A stretch of DNA of 64,000 nucleotides, from the NCBI GenBank assembly GCA_964550035.1, contig CAZJVU010000002.1, forward strand, positions 118,894 through 182,893, written 5' to 3'. Shown here piece after piece: positions 1 to 8,492 of this stretch; position 1 is the stretch's first letter, and every line of letters starts with the position of its first letter. The translations under genes and the position numbers were made by a program. A model generated the notes under the pieces. The model had not been told where the DNA came from, searched no databases, and worked only from the letters and a program-made list of their open reading frames with translations. The DNA comes from an uncultured Candidatus Saccharibacteria bacterium (GTDB lineage: Bacteria; Patescibacteriota; Saccharimonadia; Saccharimonadales; EFPC-124).

Positions 1-2
1 GC

Positions 3-262
3 TACGATCAGCCACAAGACAAGAAAGGTTATTTGGAAGGGGCAGGTAACTTTTTTCGCGCGACAACGAGTGTCAAAATCATGCAGAAGATCATCGACGG
101 CGATCGAGTTGCCCTGATAGCTCGTTACACAGTCCGCTCACCTAAAAAGGTACAGTCGGTACATGTGACGTCGCTGAATTCTTGACCATTACCGATGGCA
201 AACTCACGGCGTCTTCTATCTTTTTTGACCTGAAGGCGTTTGGTGAGCTTGTGCAACGATAA
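3..262 (+). pseudogene. NTF2/SnoaL-like protein, 3' part entering from the left edge, apparent frameshift near 141-150
   Basis: Frame 3 reads ...GYLEGAGNFFRATTSVKIMQKIIDGDRVALIARYTVRSPKK and stops at 183-185. The shifted frame from 149 continues GTVGTCDVAEFLTITDGKLTASSIFFDLKAFGELVQR* (stop 260-262). The joined sequence resembles SnoaL-like proteins; family call from memory. Confidence 0.35.
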
Positions 263-293
263 GCCGATGACGCAGGTTACGTTTAAGATAATC

Positions 294-333
294 TCATGGC
301 TGGGGATAGTGGATGAATTCCAAACTTTTGAGG
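294..333. repeat. Copy A of the tRNA-Gln 3'-end core motif (TCATGGCTGGGGA) with flank tagtggatgaattccaaactttt
   Basis: 13 nt are identical to 8262-8274 (tRNA-Gln 3' end plus 3 nt) and to 5595-5607. The right flank is similar to copy C (5608-5636). Confidence 0.6.
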
Positions 334-348
334 CTAATGAACTGAAGT

Positions 349-855
349 TTAGTCGGCGCCTACTCTATACTGCTCAAGTATATTTTCCGAACCGAAGAGA
401 GAGCGCACGAGGTGATCTGCGAATGGCGTAAATGAAAAGGTATGACAATTCTCCTTTGAAACAAGTACCAGGCCCTTGCCTTCATGAACAGTGAGCTTTT
501 GGGGGTCGACTGGTTTGGTGCAACGGACTACATGGACGAAGTTGCTGTCACCATGAGCGCTGAGTTGTTTTTGATAATCTCCCAGCTTTTCGATATGGAT
601 GCGGTCGAGTGTTAATTCAAGTTCTTCGTCAATTTCACGGATTGCGGCATCGATCGGGTCTTCGTGACCTTCGCAGTGCCCACCAAAGAACCCCACTTTA
701 TCTCGCAAGTGAGCAGCACCCTGATGGTTGCTGTCTCGGTGCTGAAGAATCAGTGTTCCATCGCTTGTTGTGAGTACAACTGCGACGATGTGGGAGGGTT
801 TGGGCTGACCGGGGTGTGCATCCTCGCTGTTCTGATAAAGGTTCGTCATAAACAT
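349..855 (-). CDS. NUDIX hydrolase
   Basis: 168 aa ORF with a Nudix box: GGHCEGHEDPIDAAIREIDEELEL (GX5EX7REUXEEXGU pattern). Confidence 0.85.
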   Translation of the reverse strand: MFMTNLYQNSEDAHPGQPKPSHIVAVVLTTSDGTLILQHRDSNHQGAAHLRDKVGFFGGHCEGHEDPIDAAIREIDEELELTLDRIHIEKLGDYQKQLSAHGDSNFVHVVRCTKPVDPQKLTVHEGKGLVLVSKENCHTFSFTPFADHLVRSLFGSENILEQYRVGAD

Positions 856-913
856 ATATTAGCATTAGTGAGGAATTCGCATGTTTGAAGATGATACTTG
901 GATGAGATGAACA

Positions 914-939
914 AACAAAAAGAGGCTCTGGACAGCCTC
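914..939 (-). terminator. Intrinsic terminator downstream of the MMPL gene
   Basis: Stem GAGGCT (922-927) / AGCCTC (934-939) with a 6-nt loop. The A-run at 915-921 on the plus strand gives a T-tract after the stem on the minus strand. Confidence 0.55.
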
Positions 940-969
940 AATTTGTTGACAAATTATGTAATTATTTCC

Positions 970-1017
970 TGGCTGGGGATGAAGGATTCGAACCCTATCA
1001 AGTAGGGACCAAACTGT
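970..1017 (-). repeat. Degenerate tRNA-Gln-like 3' fragment (copy B; acceptor 3' strand, T-arm, part of anticodon arm)
   Basis: tggctggggatgaaggattcgaaccctatcaagtagggaccaaa aligns with 8265-8309 of the real tRNA-Gln (tggctggggaggagggactcgaacccccgaatgccaggaccaaaa). No matching 5' acceptor strand or 5' half, and the T-stem is imperfect. Confidence 0.6.
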
Positions 1018-1027
1018 AGATTACTAG

Positions 1028-3259
1028 CTACTTGTCTTGCTTGCCACCAATCCATCCTGGTATCCACCAATTCCAACGACCCATAAGTCTCATAGCAGCA
1101 GGCACCAAGAGCAGTCGGATAAGCGTCGCATCAATCAACACAGCAATAGCCAGTGCGAATCCCAGCTGTTTTATCTCAAGCATGCCCGCTATGAAGAATG
1201 AAGCGAACACGACTACCATGATTGCTGCGGCATTTGTAATGACCCTCGCGGCGTGTTCGATGCCACGCGCAACAGCGGTAGTATTATCGTGCGTTTTGCG
1301 CCATTCTTCCTGAATGCGCGTAAGAAGAAAAACCTCATAGTCCATGGATAGACCAAATAAAATAACAAACGTTAAAAGTGGTAGGTAGGACTGAATGTAC
1401 CCAGGCGAAACAAACCCTAGTAAATGCTGACCAAATCCGTGTTGAAACACAATCACCATGAGGCCAAAGGCTGCACTCAGTGCAAGCAGATTCATGATGA
1501 TAGACTTGAGTGGCAGTACGAGACTTCTAAAGTTAAAGGCTAGTAAGAAAAAGGATAAACCAAGTACGAATGACAGAACAATTGGGAGCGAGCGATAAAC
1601 TTCAGCGTTGAGGTCAACAATTTGGGCACTTAAACCTGTCAGTCCAAAATGCAGATCACTTTGCGTGCTGGTTGGAATCATCGCGGACGTAATGTCGCGG
1701 GCAAGCTGTATTGATGGCTCAGTATCAGCAGCCGCACGAGGCACGACAGTTATGATTGCTACGTTCGACCCCTGATCAGTGTTAATCTGCCCAGAGAGTA
1801 CCTTGGTTTGTTCGGCTATCTGGAATGCGGCTAAGCCATGACCGCCGGTTAGTGCGTCAAGACTTAGGGTTGGTGAGCTGACGCTTGCCACCCGTGGATC
1901 ATTCTGTAGGCGTTTGCTAAGCGTAGATAGGGCGACCAGATCTTTGTCAGTAAATGACCCGCTCGAACGCGACGCGACAACTTGGATCGGCGAAGTAAGG
2001 CCTGGAGAAAACGCTTGCTCTATCAAGCGCAAGCCTTGAGCTGAAGGCTGATCTCTAAGCGTTCCTGTCCCTAGATTGAGTCCGAGTTGCAAGCCGCCAA
2101 CTGGCCACGCCATAGCAGTCAAAAGAACAATCGTTGTAACTGTTACGAGAATCGGACGCTGCATGACAAAATGCGCCCAGCGCGCCCAGTAACCCTGTTC
2201 GACATCTGGCTTAGCATTTTGTCGATGTCGATGAGGCAAAATCTGTAACGAATTAATATGTTTTCCTAGTAGGCGTAAGATAATCGGCAGTAGTGTCAGG
2301 GAAAGTGCTAACATAGTGCCGACGGTGCAAATGGTACCTATTCCTAGGCCTCTGAATATCGGTGAGCGTACAAGCAGCAGCCCACTCAGAGAAATAAGTA
2401 CGGTTATACCCGAAAAGAGCACAGCCTTACCTGCTGTCTTCATCGTATTTCGTATTGCCATGTCGGGTGATCTGTGGGTTGCTAGTTCTTCGCGGAAACG
2501 TGTCACGATCATAAGCGAGTAGTCGATACCGAGAGCGAGGCCTAGCATTGTCACAGCAGACTCTACAAAAACATCGAAATGCAGCCACTTACTCAGTAGT
2601 CCGAGAATCCCAAAGGTTATACTCACCCCAGTGGCGCCGAGGAACAACGGCAAACCGGCAGCTATAACCGAACGAAAAGCGATAAGCAGGACGAGAAACG
2701 CAATAGGCAAACCGATCATATCTGCCTTGGCAAGATCGCTATTTTCCTGTTCGATAACGTCAGCGTTAAGCGGTGAAGCTCCTGTAAGGTAGACTTTTAT
2801 GCCATTAGTGCTATGAGGCAGAGCGTTAGCGAGAACAGTGGAGTTTTTCTGAAGGTCACTATCGCTCCCGGATAACCCCACAATAATGAAAGCCGTATGT
2901 GCATCGCTCGATATTTGCGATATTGGGCTTTGATCGTATGGGCTAATCAGCGATGTTACATGCGGCTTACCCGTGAGCGAACCTAGCGCTTGTTCGACAG
3001 TCAAACGGTATGCTGGGTCACTTGCAACGAGCCGATCAGAGTGAAAGACAACTAAATCCTGTTCAGATGAGGCTGAGTAAAATTGCTTGTTAAGCAAATC
3101 TTGGGTACGTTGCGATGACGAGCCGTCAACCGTAAAGGATGCACCCCCTAATCCGTTTAGGAATGTCGGAATCATTGCGCCGAAGCCGATAGTTACGAGC
3201 AACCAACCCACAAGAATCAGGATGCTACGTTTATTTGTGGGTTTTTTATTCATAGACAT
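1028..3259 (-). CDS. MMPL/RND-superfamily membrane transporter
   Basis: 743 aa with two roughly 6-TM blocks, each followed by an MmpL-like motif (MIVTRFREEL, FLLTRIQEEW), and large extracytoplasmic loops. Confidence 0.8.
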   Translation of the reverse strand: MSMNKKPTNKRSILILVGWLLVTIGFGAMIPTFLNGLGGASFTVDGSSSQRTQDLLNKQFYSASSEQDLVVFHSDRLVASDPAYRLTVEQALGSLTGKPHVTSLISPYDQSPISQISSDAHTAFIIVGLSGSDSDLQKNSTVLANALPHSTNGIKVYLTGASPLNADVIEQENSDLAKADMIGLPIAFLVLLIAFRSVIAAGLPLFLGATGVSITFGILGLLSKWLHFDVFVESAVTMLGLALGIDYSLMIVTRFREELATHRSPDMAIRNTMKTAGKAVLFSGITVLISLSGLLLVRSPIFRGLGIGTICTVGTMLALSLTLLPIILRLLGKHINSLQILPHRHRQNAKPDVEQGYWARWAHFVMQRPILVTVTTIVLLTAMAWPVGGLQLGLNLGTGTLRDQPSAQGLRLIEQAFSPGLTSPIQVVASRSSGSFTDKDLVALSTLSKRLQNDPRVASVSSPTLSLDALTGGHGLAAFQIAEQTKVLSGQINTDQGSNVAIITVVPRAAADTEPSIQLARDITSAMIPTSTQSDLHFGLTGLSAQIVDLNAEVYRSLPIVLSFVLGLSFFLLAFNFRSLVLPLKSIIMNLLALSAAFGLMVIVFQHGFGQHLLGFVSPGYIQSYLPLLTFVILFGLSMDYEVFLLTRIQEEWRKTHDNTTAVARGIEHAARVITNAAAIMVVVFASFFIAGMLEIKQLGFALAIAVLIDATLIRLLLVPAAMRLMGRWNWWIPGWIGGKQDK

Positions 3260-3266
3260 TTATTCA

Positions 3267-3599
3267 TCACTCAAATCTGTAAATACCACTTAGGTTTAGC
3301 ATGATCACACCGAGTATCACAAGGAAAATCGCGCCTATACGAAAGGGTGTAAGTGTTTCGTGAAAGAAAACAACTCCTGCTGCTACGACAAGAACCGTAC
3401 CAAGCCCTGCCCATATGGGATAGGCAATATTGAGCGGCATTGTCTTCATAGCTATAGATATTGCCCAAAATGACAATATGTAGCCAACGATTACTATGAT
3501 TGAAGGAATGGGTTTTGTGAAGCCATGAGACAATTTTAGGTTGGTTGTGGCAATGACTTCACAGACAATTGCACCAAAAAGAAAGAGCCATTGTTGCAT
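3267..3599 (-). CDS. SMR-family small multidrug/quaternary-cation efflux protein (EmrE/SugE-like)
   Basis: 110 aa, 4 TM segments. Conserved membrane Glu in TM1 (FGAIVCEVIATTNLK). 7-nt gap to the MMPL gene, so a likely operon. Confidence 0.85.
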   Translation of the reverse strand: MQQWLFLFGAIVCEVIATTNLKLSHGFTKPIPSIIVIVGYILSFWAISIAMKTMPLNIAYPIWAGLGTVLVVAAGVVFFHETLTPFRIGAIFLVILGVIMLNLSGIYRFE

Positions 3600-4017
3600 G
3601 ACAACTTCTCCGTTTAAGTTAGTAGTTCGACCCAGAGGCTCACTCTGGCAATCCGCCGCCGACGAAATACAAACTAACGGTTTCTATATTTAGGATAGCA
3701 TAAGAACGGTTTTTATGATCAATTGAATCGCTTCCTTTATACAATAATCCCCACTTAGGTGGAGTGATCCGGATTACAATCCCTGACCGAGAAGATAGAG
3801 AAAGTCATATGAAGCTGACCATCTACCTATCTTCTATAGCTTTTAGCTCGGCTTCAAAGTACACCAGCATTTTCTCCAGCGAGCGAATATCATTGGCTAT
3901 GTCTTTAGTTTTTTGTGCGAAAAAATGACGGCGCTTCTGCGTAGTTAATAGTTGTTGTCATAGGCGGCTACAAGGTACTTTAGATCTTTTATTGTGAATC
4001 CTGCTTGACGGGCTTGC

Positions 4018-4617
4018 TTGAAGCTCGTATTGGCGCTCCTCGGCAGTATCGGGCTCGTTGTGCTTGGTCCATCCGGCTCGGCGCACGCAAACCCTGGCTG
4101 CGCGAATGGTGGTGTATATGCCATTTTCGCACGTGGATCGGGTGAGCACTTCAACGATCAACGAGCGACCTACTTCGAGGCTAACCTGAGAGCTTCGCTT
4201 CAGTCGAAGGTTAGCATGGCTTACGCCGAACTCGGCAACTTCGACAATAACTACTCAGTCGGAGGTGACGAATACCCGGCCGTGGGTGGCCTCGAAGCTG
4301 GCTTTACGCCCACCTATAGTTCCAGTGTCACTAAGGGGGCCAATGAACTGGTCGCCTACCTCAACAACCGCGTAACCGCATGTCCCCAAGAGTCCATCGT
4401 TCTCGGTGGCTACTCGCAGGGAGCAGACGTTGTCGGGTGGACGATTCAGCGAAGCGACCTCAGCCAGACGGCAAAGAACCACATCGGCTTCGTGGCGCTC
4501 TATGGCGACCCCAAATTCAACGCAGGGCCGCTCGACGACCGCATGAACAACGTCAACTTCAGCACAAACTGGTGGTGGGTGCGCGGCAGCGGGCCGGGAT
4601 GGCTACAACTTATTTGA
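4018..4617 (+). pseudogene. Cutinase-like secreted serine hydrolase, C-terminally truncated copy
   Basis: Signal peptide, then NPGC..FARGSGE..LGGYSQGADV (cutinase GYSQG nucleophile motif). Collinear with 38596..39909 up to WWWVRG, then ends (GWLQLI*) before the region holding the Asp/His of the full copy (CAAGDFVC...H). Confidence 0.6.
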
Positions 4618-4680
4618 TAGATATAGCAAAAGATGGTATTATTACCCAGTTCCAAAAAGAACACACGAGCTTGAAGGTGG

Positions 4681-4971
4681 GTGATCCGCGTGAAAGCGAA
4701 AGCACGTCGTCTACTTGGCCTACTCTTGTGCCTGGCACTGGGGGTAGGCGCAGTACTCGTGAGTCCTGGAGTAGCACAAGCAGACCCAGGATGCGTCAAT
4801 GCAGGAGCCTATGTGCTCTTCGCAAGAGGAGCTACGGCACCCCTCGACTCTGGGCCAGCCCTAGAGTTCAGAAGCGACGTCACGAGTCAGCTCAATGCTC
4901 GGGGCGTGCCGAGTGCATGGGCCGAACTGGGAAACCTCGACAACGTCTACAATACAGTAAAGCCCAACTAA
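4681..4971 (+). pseudogene. Cutinase-like protein, N-terminal fragment only
   Basis: Signal peptide plus DPGCVNAGAYVLFARGA...WAELGNLDNVYN matches the N-terminus of 38596..39909. Ends 3 nt before the recombinase remnant. Own TGgTATTAT -10-like element and GAAGGTGGG RBS in the AT-rich spacer 4618-4680. Confidence 0.55.
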
Positions 4972-4974
4972 TTC

Positions 4975-5669
4975 TTGGCCGAAAGGACAAGCCGCAAAAG
5001 ACCATGCGAGAATCGTAAGACTGTCGAAGAAAAGAACATTGCCGAACAGCTCTATGCAATATTAGACAAATATACCATCCATCCACTGTTCGAAGAATGG
5101 GCGCTTGAGGCAATGAAGGAAGTGAACGCCGATGAGGCCAAAGAGCGTGAGGCAATTGAAAATAGTCAATTCAAAAACTTGCAGCAGCTACGCCAACAGC
5201 ATGACAAGCTAATTGACCTGGCCGGCAAAGAGCTAATCCGTGAAGATAAGTTTAAGGAAAAATCTCAGGAGTTACTTGAACAGATTAAGAACGCTGAAAA
5301 TGCAGTTTCTGAAACCAATGTCAGAGCCGTGAATTGGCGTGATGCGCTACAGAAGACAATCGATACGATAGCTCACGGCCGCGCGCGCTTCCAGGGTGGT
5401 GACATGCCACAAAGCGAGATGTGCTACTAGCGCTTGGTGCGCACCCAACCTTACATAATGGAATCGTAGAGCTGGAGCCGTATGAGTGGCTAATCCCTAT
5501 CGAAAAAGCCCTTCCTGGCTTAAAGGAAGAGCTTTCTCAAGTTAAACCCCATGATCTACAGATAGGAAATCCTCGTTTAGAGCCTATCCGCACATCATGG
5601 CTGGGGACAGTGGACATGTTCCAAACTTTCCAAACCGTATTTTGCGAGGCTTTTTATGGCCGAAATTAG
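4975..5669 (+). pseudogene. Large serine recombinase remnant (C-terminal zinc-ribbon/coiled-coil part only, frameshifted)
   Basis: No N-terminal catalytic domain. EKNIAEQLYAILDKYTIHPLFEEWALEAMK...coiled coil...ARFQGGDMP, then a frameshift near 5407-5412; the other frame continues KRDVLLALGAHPTLHNGIVELEPYEW. This pattern resembles recombinase-family C-termini (from memory). Confidence 0.55.
5595..5636. repeat. Copy C of the tRNA-Gln 3'-end core motif, inside the recombinase remnant 3' end
   Basis: cgcacatcatggctgggga differs at 1 position from cgcatatcatggctgggga at 8256-8274. The right flank cagtggacatgttccaaacttt resembles copy A. Confidence 0.6.
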
Positions 5670-5814
5670 CAATGAAATCTATGAGCAGCTTCGTCGAATT
5701 TTAGAGAAACAGAATGGACGAGATTATTCATTTGAGGAGGCGAAGGCAATTGGTGATGGACTCATAGATTTCTTTAATTTTCTCATGAGCCTAGATGGCG
5801 AAGTTGAAAATTAA
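5656..5814 (+). CDS. Small hypothetical protein (52 aa)
   Basis: ATG 5656 to TAA 5812-5814: MAEISNEIYEQLRRILEKQNGRDYSFEEAKAIGDGLIDFFNFLMSLDGEVEN. Below the ORF-track cutoff, no clear RBS. Confidence 0.25.
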   Translation: MAEISNEIYEQLRRILEKQNGRDYSFEEAKAIGDGLIDFFNFLMSLDGEVEN

Positions 5815-5816
5815 AT

Positions 5817-7340
5817 TTATCGAGAGATTATATTTTGGAGCTCCTCAAAGCATTCTGCAAATTCATCCTTAGTAATTTTTGTACCAACGAAGATGGCTAG
5901 CTCATTCTTCTGCTTATTGCTAGCTCTTTTAACCCACACCTCGATACTTTCAACAATATTTTGCTGCTCTTTAAATTCGGCCCATATACGGTCTGGATAC
6001 ATTGCTTCTAGAGTAGCGACTGGTCGCTCATCTTTTCTAGTAAGAATAAACCGTTTTGCTAGTTGTTCCTGCGCAACTTTAACTTTTTGCTTCGCATTAT
6101 TACCGTTATTGCTACTTGAGCCCTTAGCGTTGCCGTCGCCATCAAAAAAGTCGGGATTCCAATCGGTGAAGATGACATATGATGTTTTCCATGATTGCGA
6201 AAACGCAAAGTATTTACTCATTTGGGCAAGATTTTCAATGTTTTTGCCAACCTCGCCATCGCCGCCGCCTGCAACTACGTCCACGTACTTATAATGTGGC
6301 TTAATTTCCTCACGGGCGAGGTAGGTATCAAGTAGTGTCTTTTTGGATAGTTCCTCAACAAGTATAGGTATTTCGGGCATGCCAATATCTTTGGGTTCGA
6401 CTCCAAGCATAGAGCTTATAAGTACTGCCGAGCTTAGCGAGTCGATGCCTTCTGACGTTTCGGTCTCGGTCATTTTTCCATTCTTGGCAATCATGGGCAT
6501 GCCCTTTGGCCCGAAGTAATACACATTGCAATCAGGATTCTCCAGCGCTGCCGCAACAACCTCCACATTGTGAGTAGCGATAAAGACCTGTGAGGCTGCC
6601 CCAGTTTGCTGAACTTTGCTCGCGATTTCATCTACGATTTTTTTGCGTACTCGTGGGAAAAGGCTATTGTCGGCTTCATCAAATAAAGCGAGGCGCAAAT
6701 CGCTATCGTTTTCGCCAAAGTTCATAACTGACATGATCGTTGCAGCAACATGGACACCATTTGAGAAAAACCTTTCATTGATACTGCGATTTTCACTCTG
6801 TTGTTTTATCGGGCCGAATTCTGTATAGGCTGTCGTTATGCTTCCAATTGAAGCTCCACTAGAATCGAAAAAGGGCACATGATCGTTTAGAGTATCAGAG
6901 CTGTGCTCTTTAGCAAGTCGGAAAACCTGAAATTTGTCCCTAAATGGTTGTGTGTCTAAGCCTTCCCAGGCGTCGCCTAGATAGCGGATGTTGAATTTCA
7001 AGGAACCGTCACCTGGGTCTGACTTTATTTCCCACATATTATAGTTACTTGGGTGAAAGCTAAGAGAAACATCATACTCTTTGTTGGCAATCTTCATAAC
7101 AAGATTAACGTTACCTTCGAACAGTGAGTAAAAATTTCTGCGCGGCTGGCTATTGACGGCAGCTTCAATGGTGTGAGGCCTGGTTACGAAGGGTAGTAAC
7201 AAACAGATTACCTCTAGAAAGCTAGACTTGCCGGATCCGTTCGGTCCAACAAGGATGTTTACTTTTTTAAGTGATGTAAGCGTGAAGCCTTGGTGCCATC
7301 GAAATTTTTTAAAACCTTTGATACTTATTTCGTCAATCAT
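5817..7340 (-). CDS. ABC/AAA-type ATPase (AAA_15/21-like) with a possible Toprim/DUF4435-like C-terminal domain
   Basis: Walker A GPNGSGKSS near the N-terminus, Walker B LALFDEADNSL, IATHN. The C-terminal ~190 aa has IPILVEELSKK, VVAGGGDG, VIFTDWNPDFFDGD and ATLEAMYP, loosely like OLD/DUF4435 Toprim motifs (weak, from memory). Confidence 0.65.
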   Translation of the reverse strand: MIDEISIKGFKKFRWHQGFTLTSLKKVNILVGPNGSGKSSFLEVICLLLPFVTRPHTIEAAVNSQPRRNFYSLFEGNVNLVMKIANKEYDVSLSFHPSNYNMWEIKSDPGDGSLKFNIRYLGDAWEGLDTQPFRDKFQVFRLAKEHSSDTLNDHVPFFDSSGASIGSITTAYTEFGPIKQQSENRSINERFFSNGVHVAATIMSVMNFGENDSDLRLALFDEADNSLFPRVRKKIVDEIASKVQQTGAASQVFIATHNVEVVAAALENPDCNVYYFGPKGMPMIAKNGKMTETETSEGIDSLSSAVLISSMLGVEPKDIGMPEIPILVEELSKKTLLDTYLAREEIKPHYKYVDVVAGGGDGEVGKNIENLAQMSKYFAFSQSWKTSYVIFTDWNPDFFDGDGNAKGSSSNNGNNAKQKVKVAQEQLAKRFILTRKDERPVATLEAMYPDRIWAEFKEQQNIVESIEVWVKRASNKQKNELAIFVGTKITKDEFAECFEELQNIISR

Positions 7341-7521
7341 AGCTTCTTCATATTATTCTGATTCGAGAATCTTTTCCATAACATCAGCGAGCTGAGTTAT
7401 TTCTGTTGCGTATTTATTAACGTCGCTAGCTTCTTCGCCCGCAATCTTTATGCACAAGTTGTAGGTTCTGCTTAGAGTAATTAGGGGAACGTCTAGGGCA
7501 TGGCTGCGATGCTCGACAAGT

Positions 7522-8214
7522 CTACTGGGCGAACTGAATCTCGAAGCGGGGTGTACGATCAAAAACAGTGGCGGTCGTATTGATATGCGTCACGTTCCAA
7601 TACTTGGGCAACCTATAAGATATGAGAGAAATGCCGATGCTCTCTATCGCTCTAGCTACATAAGCAAACATCTTTTTGGCGGCGACAGGATTATTAATAT
7701 CGGAGAGGTCTTTCTTGTCTCGTAAATCGCCATCATGCTCGTGGGCATTGCGATTATCGCGTAATACATCTTGCCAGTTCTTCTTTTGACTGTCTATTAA
7801 TTGTTTAAGCCAATCAAGCCCAGGATACTTTGCGCAGAAAGCAGTAATCTGGGATTCGTATTGACTATCGCCTGCGACGATTGCACCAGCCTCATAGCCA
7901 ATTGCTCTAAGAAACTTAACTAGACGATCTTTATAGGCACTCCAAAGCGCTGCATAAAGAGAGCTGTAAATTGCTTCTTGCTCGGAAGTCGGAATCGAAG
8001 AGAACTCAGGGGCTCGTATCGTTTTGTAGAAATTGCGTGCTTCACTTAATTTTTCGTAAATGCGGTCTGCACGAAAATCCGCCTCATCTTTCGCTTCTGC
8101 GTCCTCTATCTTATCTGCGGCATCTTTTAGAAGGACCCAAACGCTCTCAACCTCTGGGTCTTCCGGACCCCACTCTGCTGATAGCTTCAAGTTTGGAATC
8201 GTGACGTTTGTCAT
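7522..8214 (-). CDS. Hypothetical protein (230 aa), first gene next to the tRNA-Gln 3' end, upstream of the ATPase
   Basis: Long ORF in a low-GC island, same strand as the ATPase. No motif recognised. Confidence 0.55.
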   Translation of the reverse strand: MTNVTIPNLKLSAEWGPEDPEVESVWVLLKDAADKIEDAEAKDEADFRADRIYEKLSEARNFYKTIRAPEFSSIPTSEQEAIYSSLYAALWSAYKDRLVKFLRAIGYEAGAIVAGDSQYESQITAFCAKYPGLDWLKQLIDSQKKNWQDVLRDNRNAHEHDGDLRDKKDLSDINNPVAAKKMFAYVARAIESIGISLISYRLPKYWNVTHINTTATVFDRTPRFEIQFAQ

Positions 8215-8264
8215 AAATTTATCCTTGATTTGAGCTCAATTCCAAACTGATTGAGCGCATATCA

Positions 8265-8339
8265 TGGCTGGGGAGGAGGGACTCGAACCCCCGAATGCCA
8301 GGACCAAAACCTGGTGCCTTACCACTTGGCGACTCCCCA
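8265..8339 (-). tRNA. tRNA-Gln (anticodon UUG)
   Basis: Reverse complement is TGGGGAGTCGCCAAGTGGTAAGGCACCAGGTTTTGGTCCTGGCATTCGGGGGTTCGAGTCCCTCCTCCCCAGCCA. Full cloverleaf with a 7-bp acceptor stem, anticodon loop TTTTGGT and encoded CCA. Close to E. coli tRNA-Gln in architecture. Confidence 0.95.
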
Positions 8340-8361
8340 ATAGCGTGTAATAAACAGGCTT

Positions 8362-8390
8362 ATTATACCGGATTTACTCTGTTCCGCCAA
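8362..8390 (-). promoter_or_regulatory. Sigma70-type promoter for tRNA-Gln
   Basis: On the minus strand: TTGGCG (8385-8390), 17-nt spacer, TATAAT (8362-8367), about 22 nt upstream of the tRNA 5' end. Confidence 0.6.
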
Positions 8391-8410
8391 CCATAAGGTG
8401 ACGGGATGGG

Positions 8411-8438
8411 TTGACATTTCAAGTATAAGTGCTATAAT
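8411..8438 (+). promoter_or_regulatory. Consensus sigma70 promoter for the 8493 gene
   Basis: TTGACA (8411-8416), 16-nt spacer, TATAAT (8433-8438). CAGGAG RBS about 9 nt before ATG 8493. Confidence 0.7.
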
Positions 8439-8492
8439 ATTCTCACCGTCCCGCCCCGGGTTGGCCCGAACCTCTCACTTCAGGAGTCATAC

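Noticed and set aside
3600-3720. Possible guanidine riboswitch (ykkC, mini-ykkC or ykkC-III) in the leader of the SMR efflux gene
   Set aside because: SMR/SugE genes are often guanidine-regulated, so I looked. I found only generic hairpins (CCAGAG/CTCTGG; AACTT-aaacggag-AAGTT). There is no paired ACGR-loop hairpin and no conserved ykkC core sequence.
3841-3950. Minus-strand reading ...RRHFFAQKTKDIANDIRSLEKMLVYFEAELKAIEDR* that looks like the C-terminal tail of a decayed gene
   Set aside because: It is too short, has no start and has no recognisable family. It may be another gene remnant in the island, but I cannot support an annotation.
7353-7562. 69-aa minus-strand ORF in the gap between the 230-aa gene and the ATPase gene
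   Set aside because: Its 5' part overlaps the end of 7522..8214 in another frame, and no RBS is evident. A shorter TTG-initiated peptide is possible, but the sequence alone does not support it.
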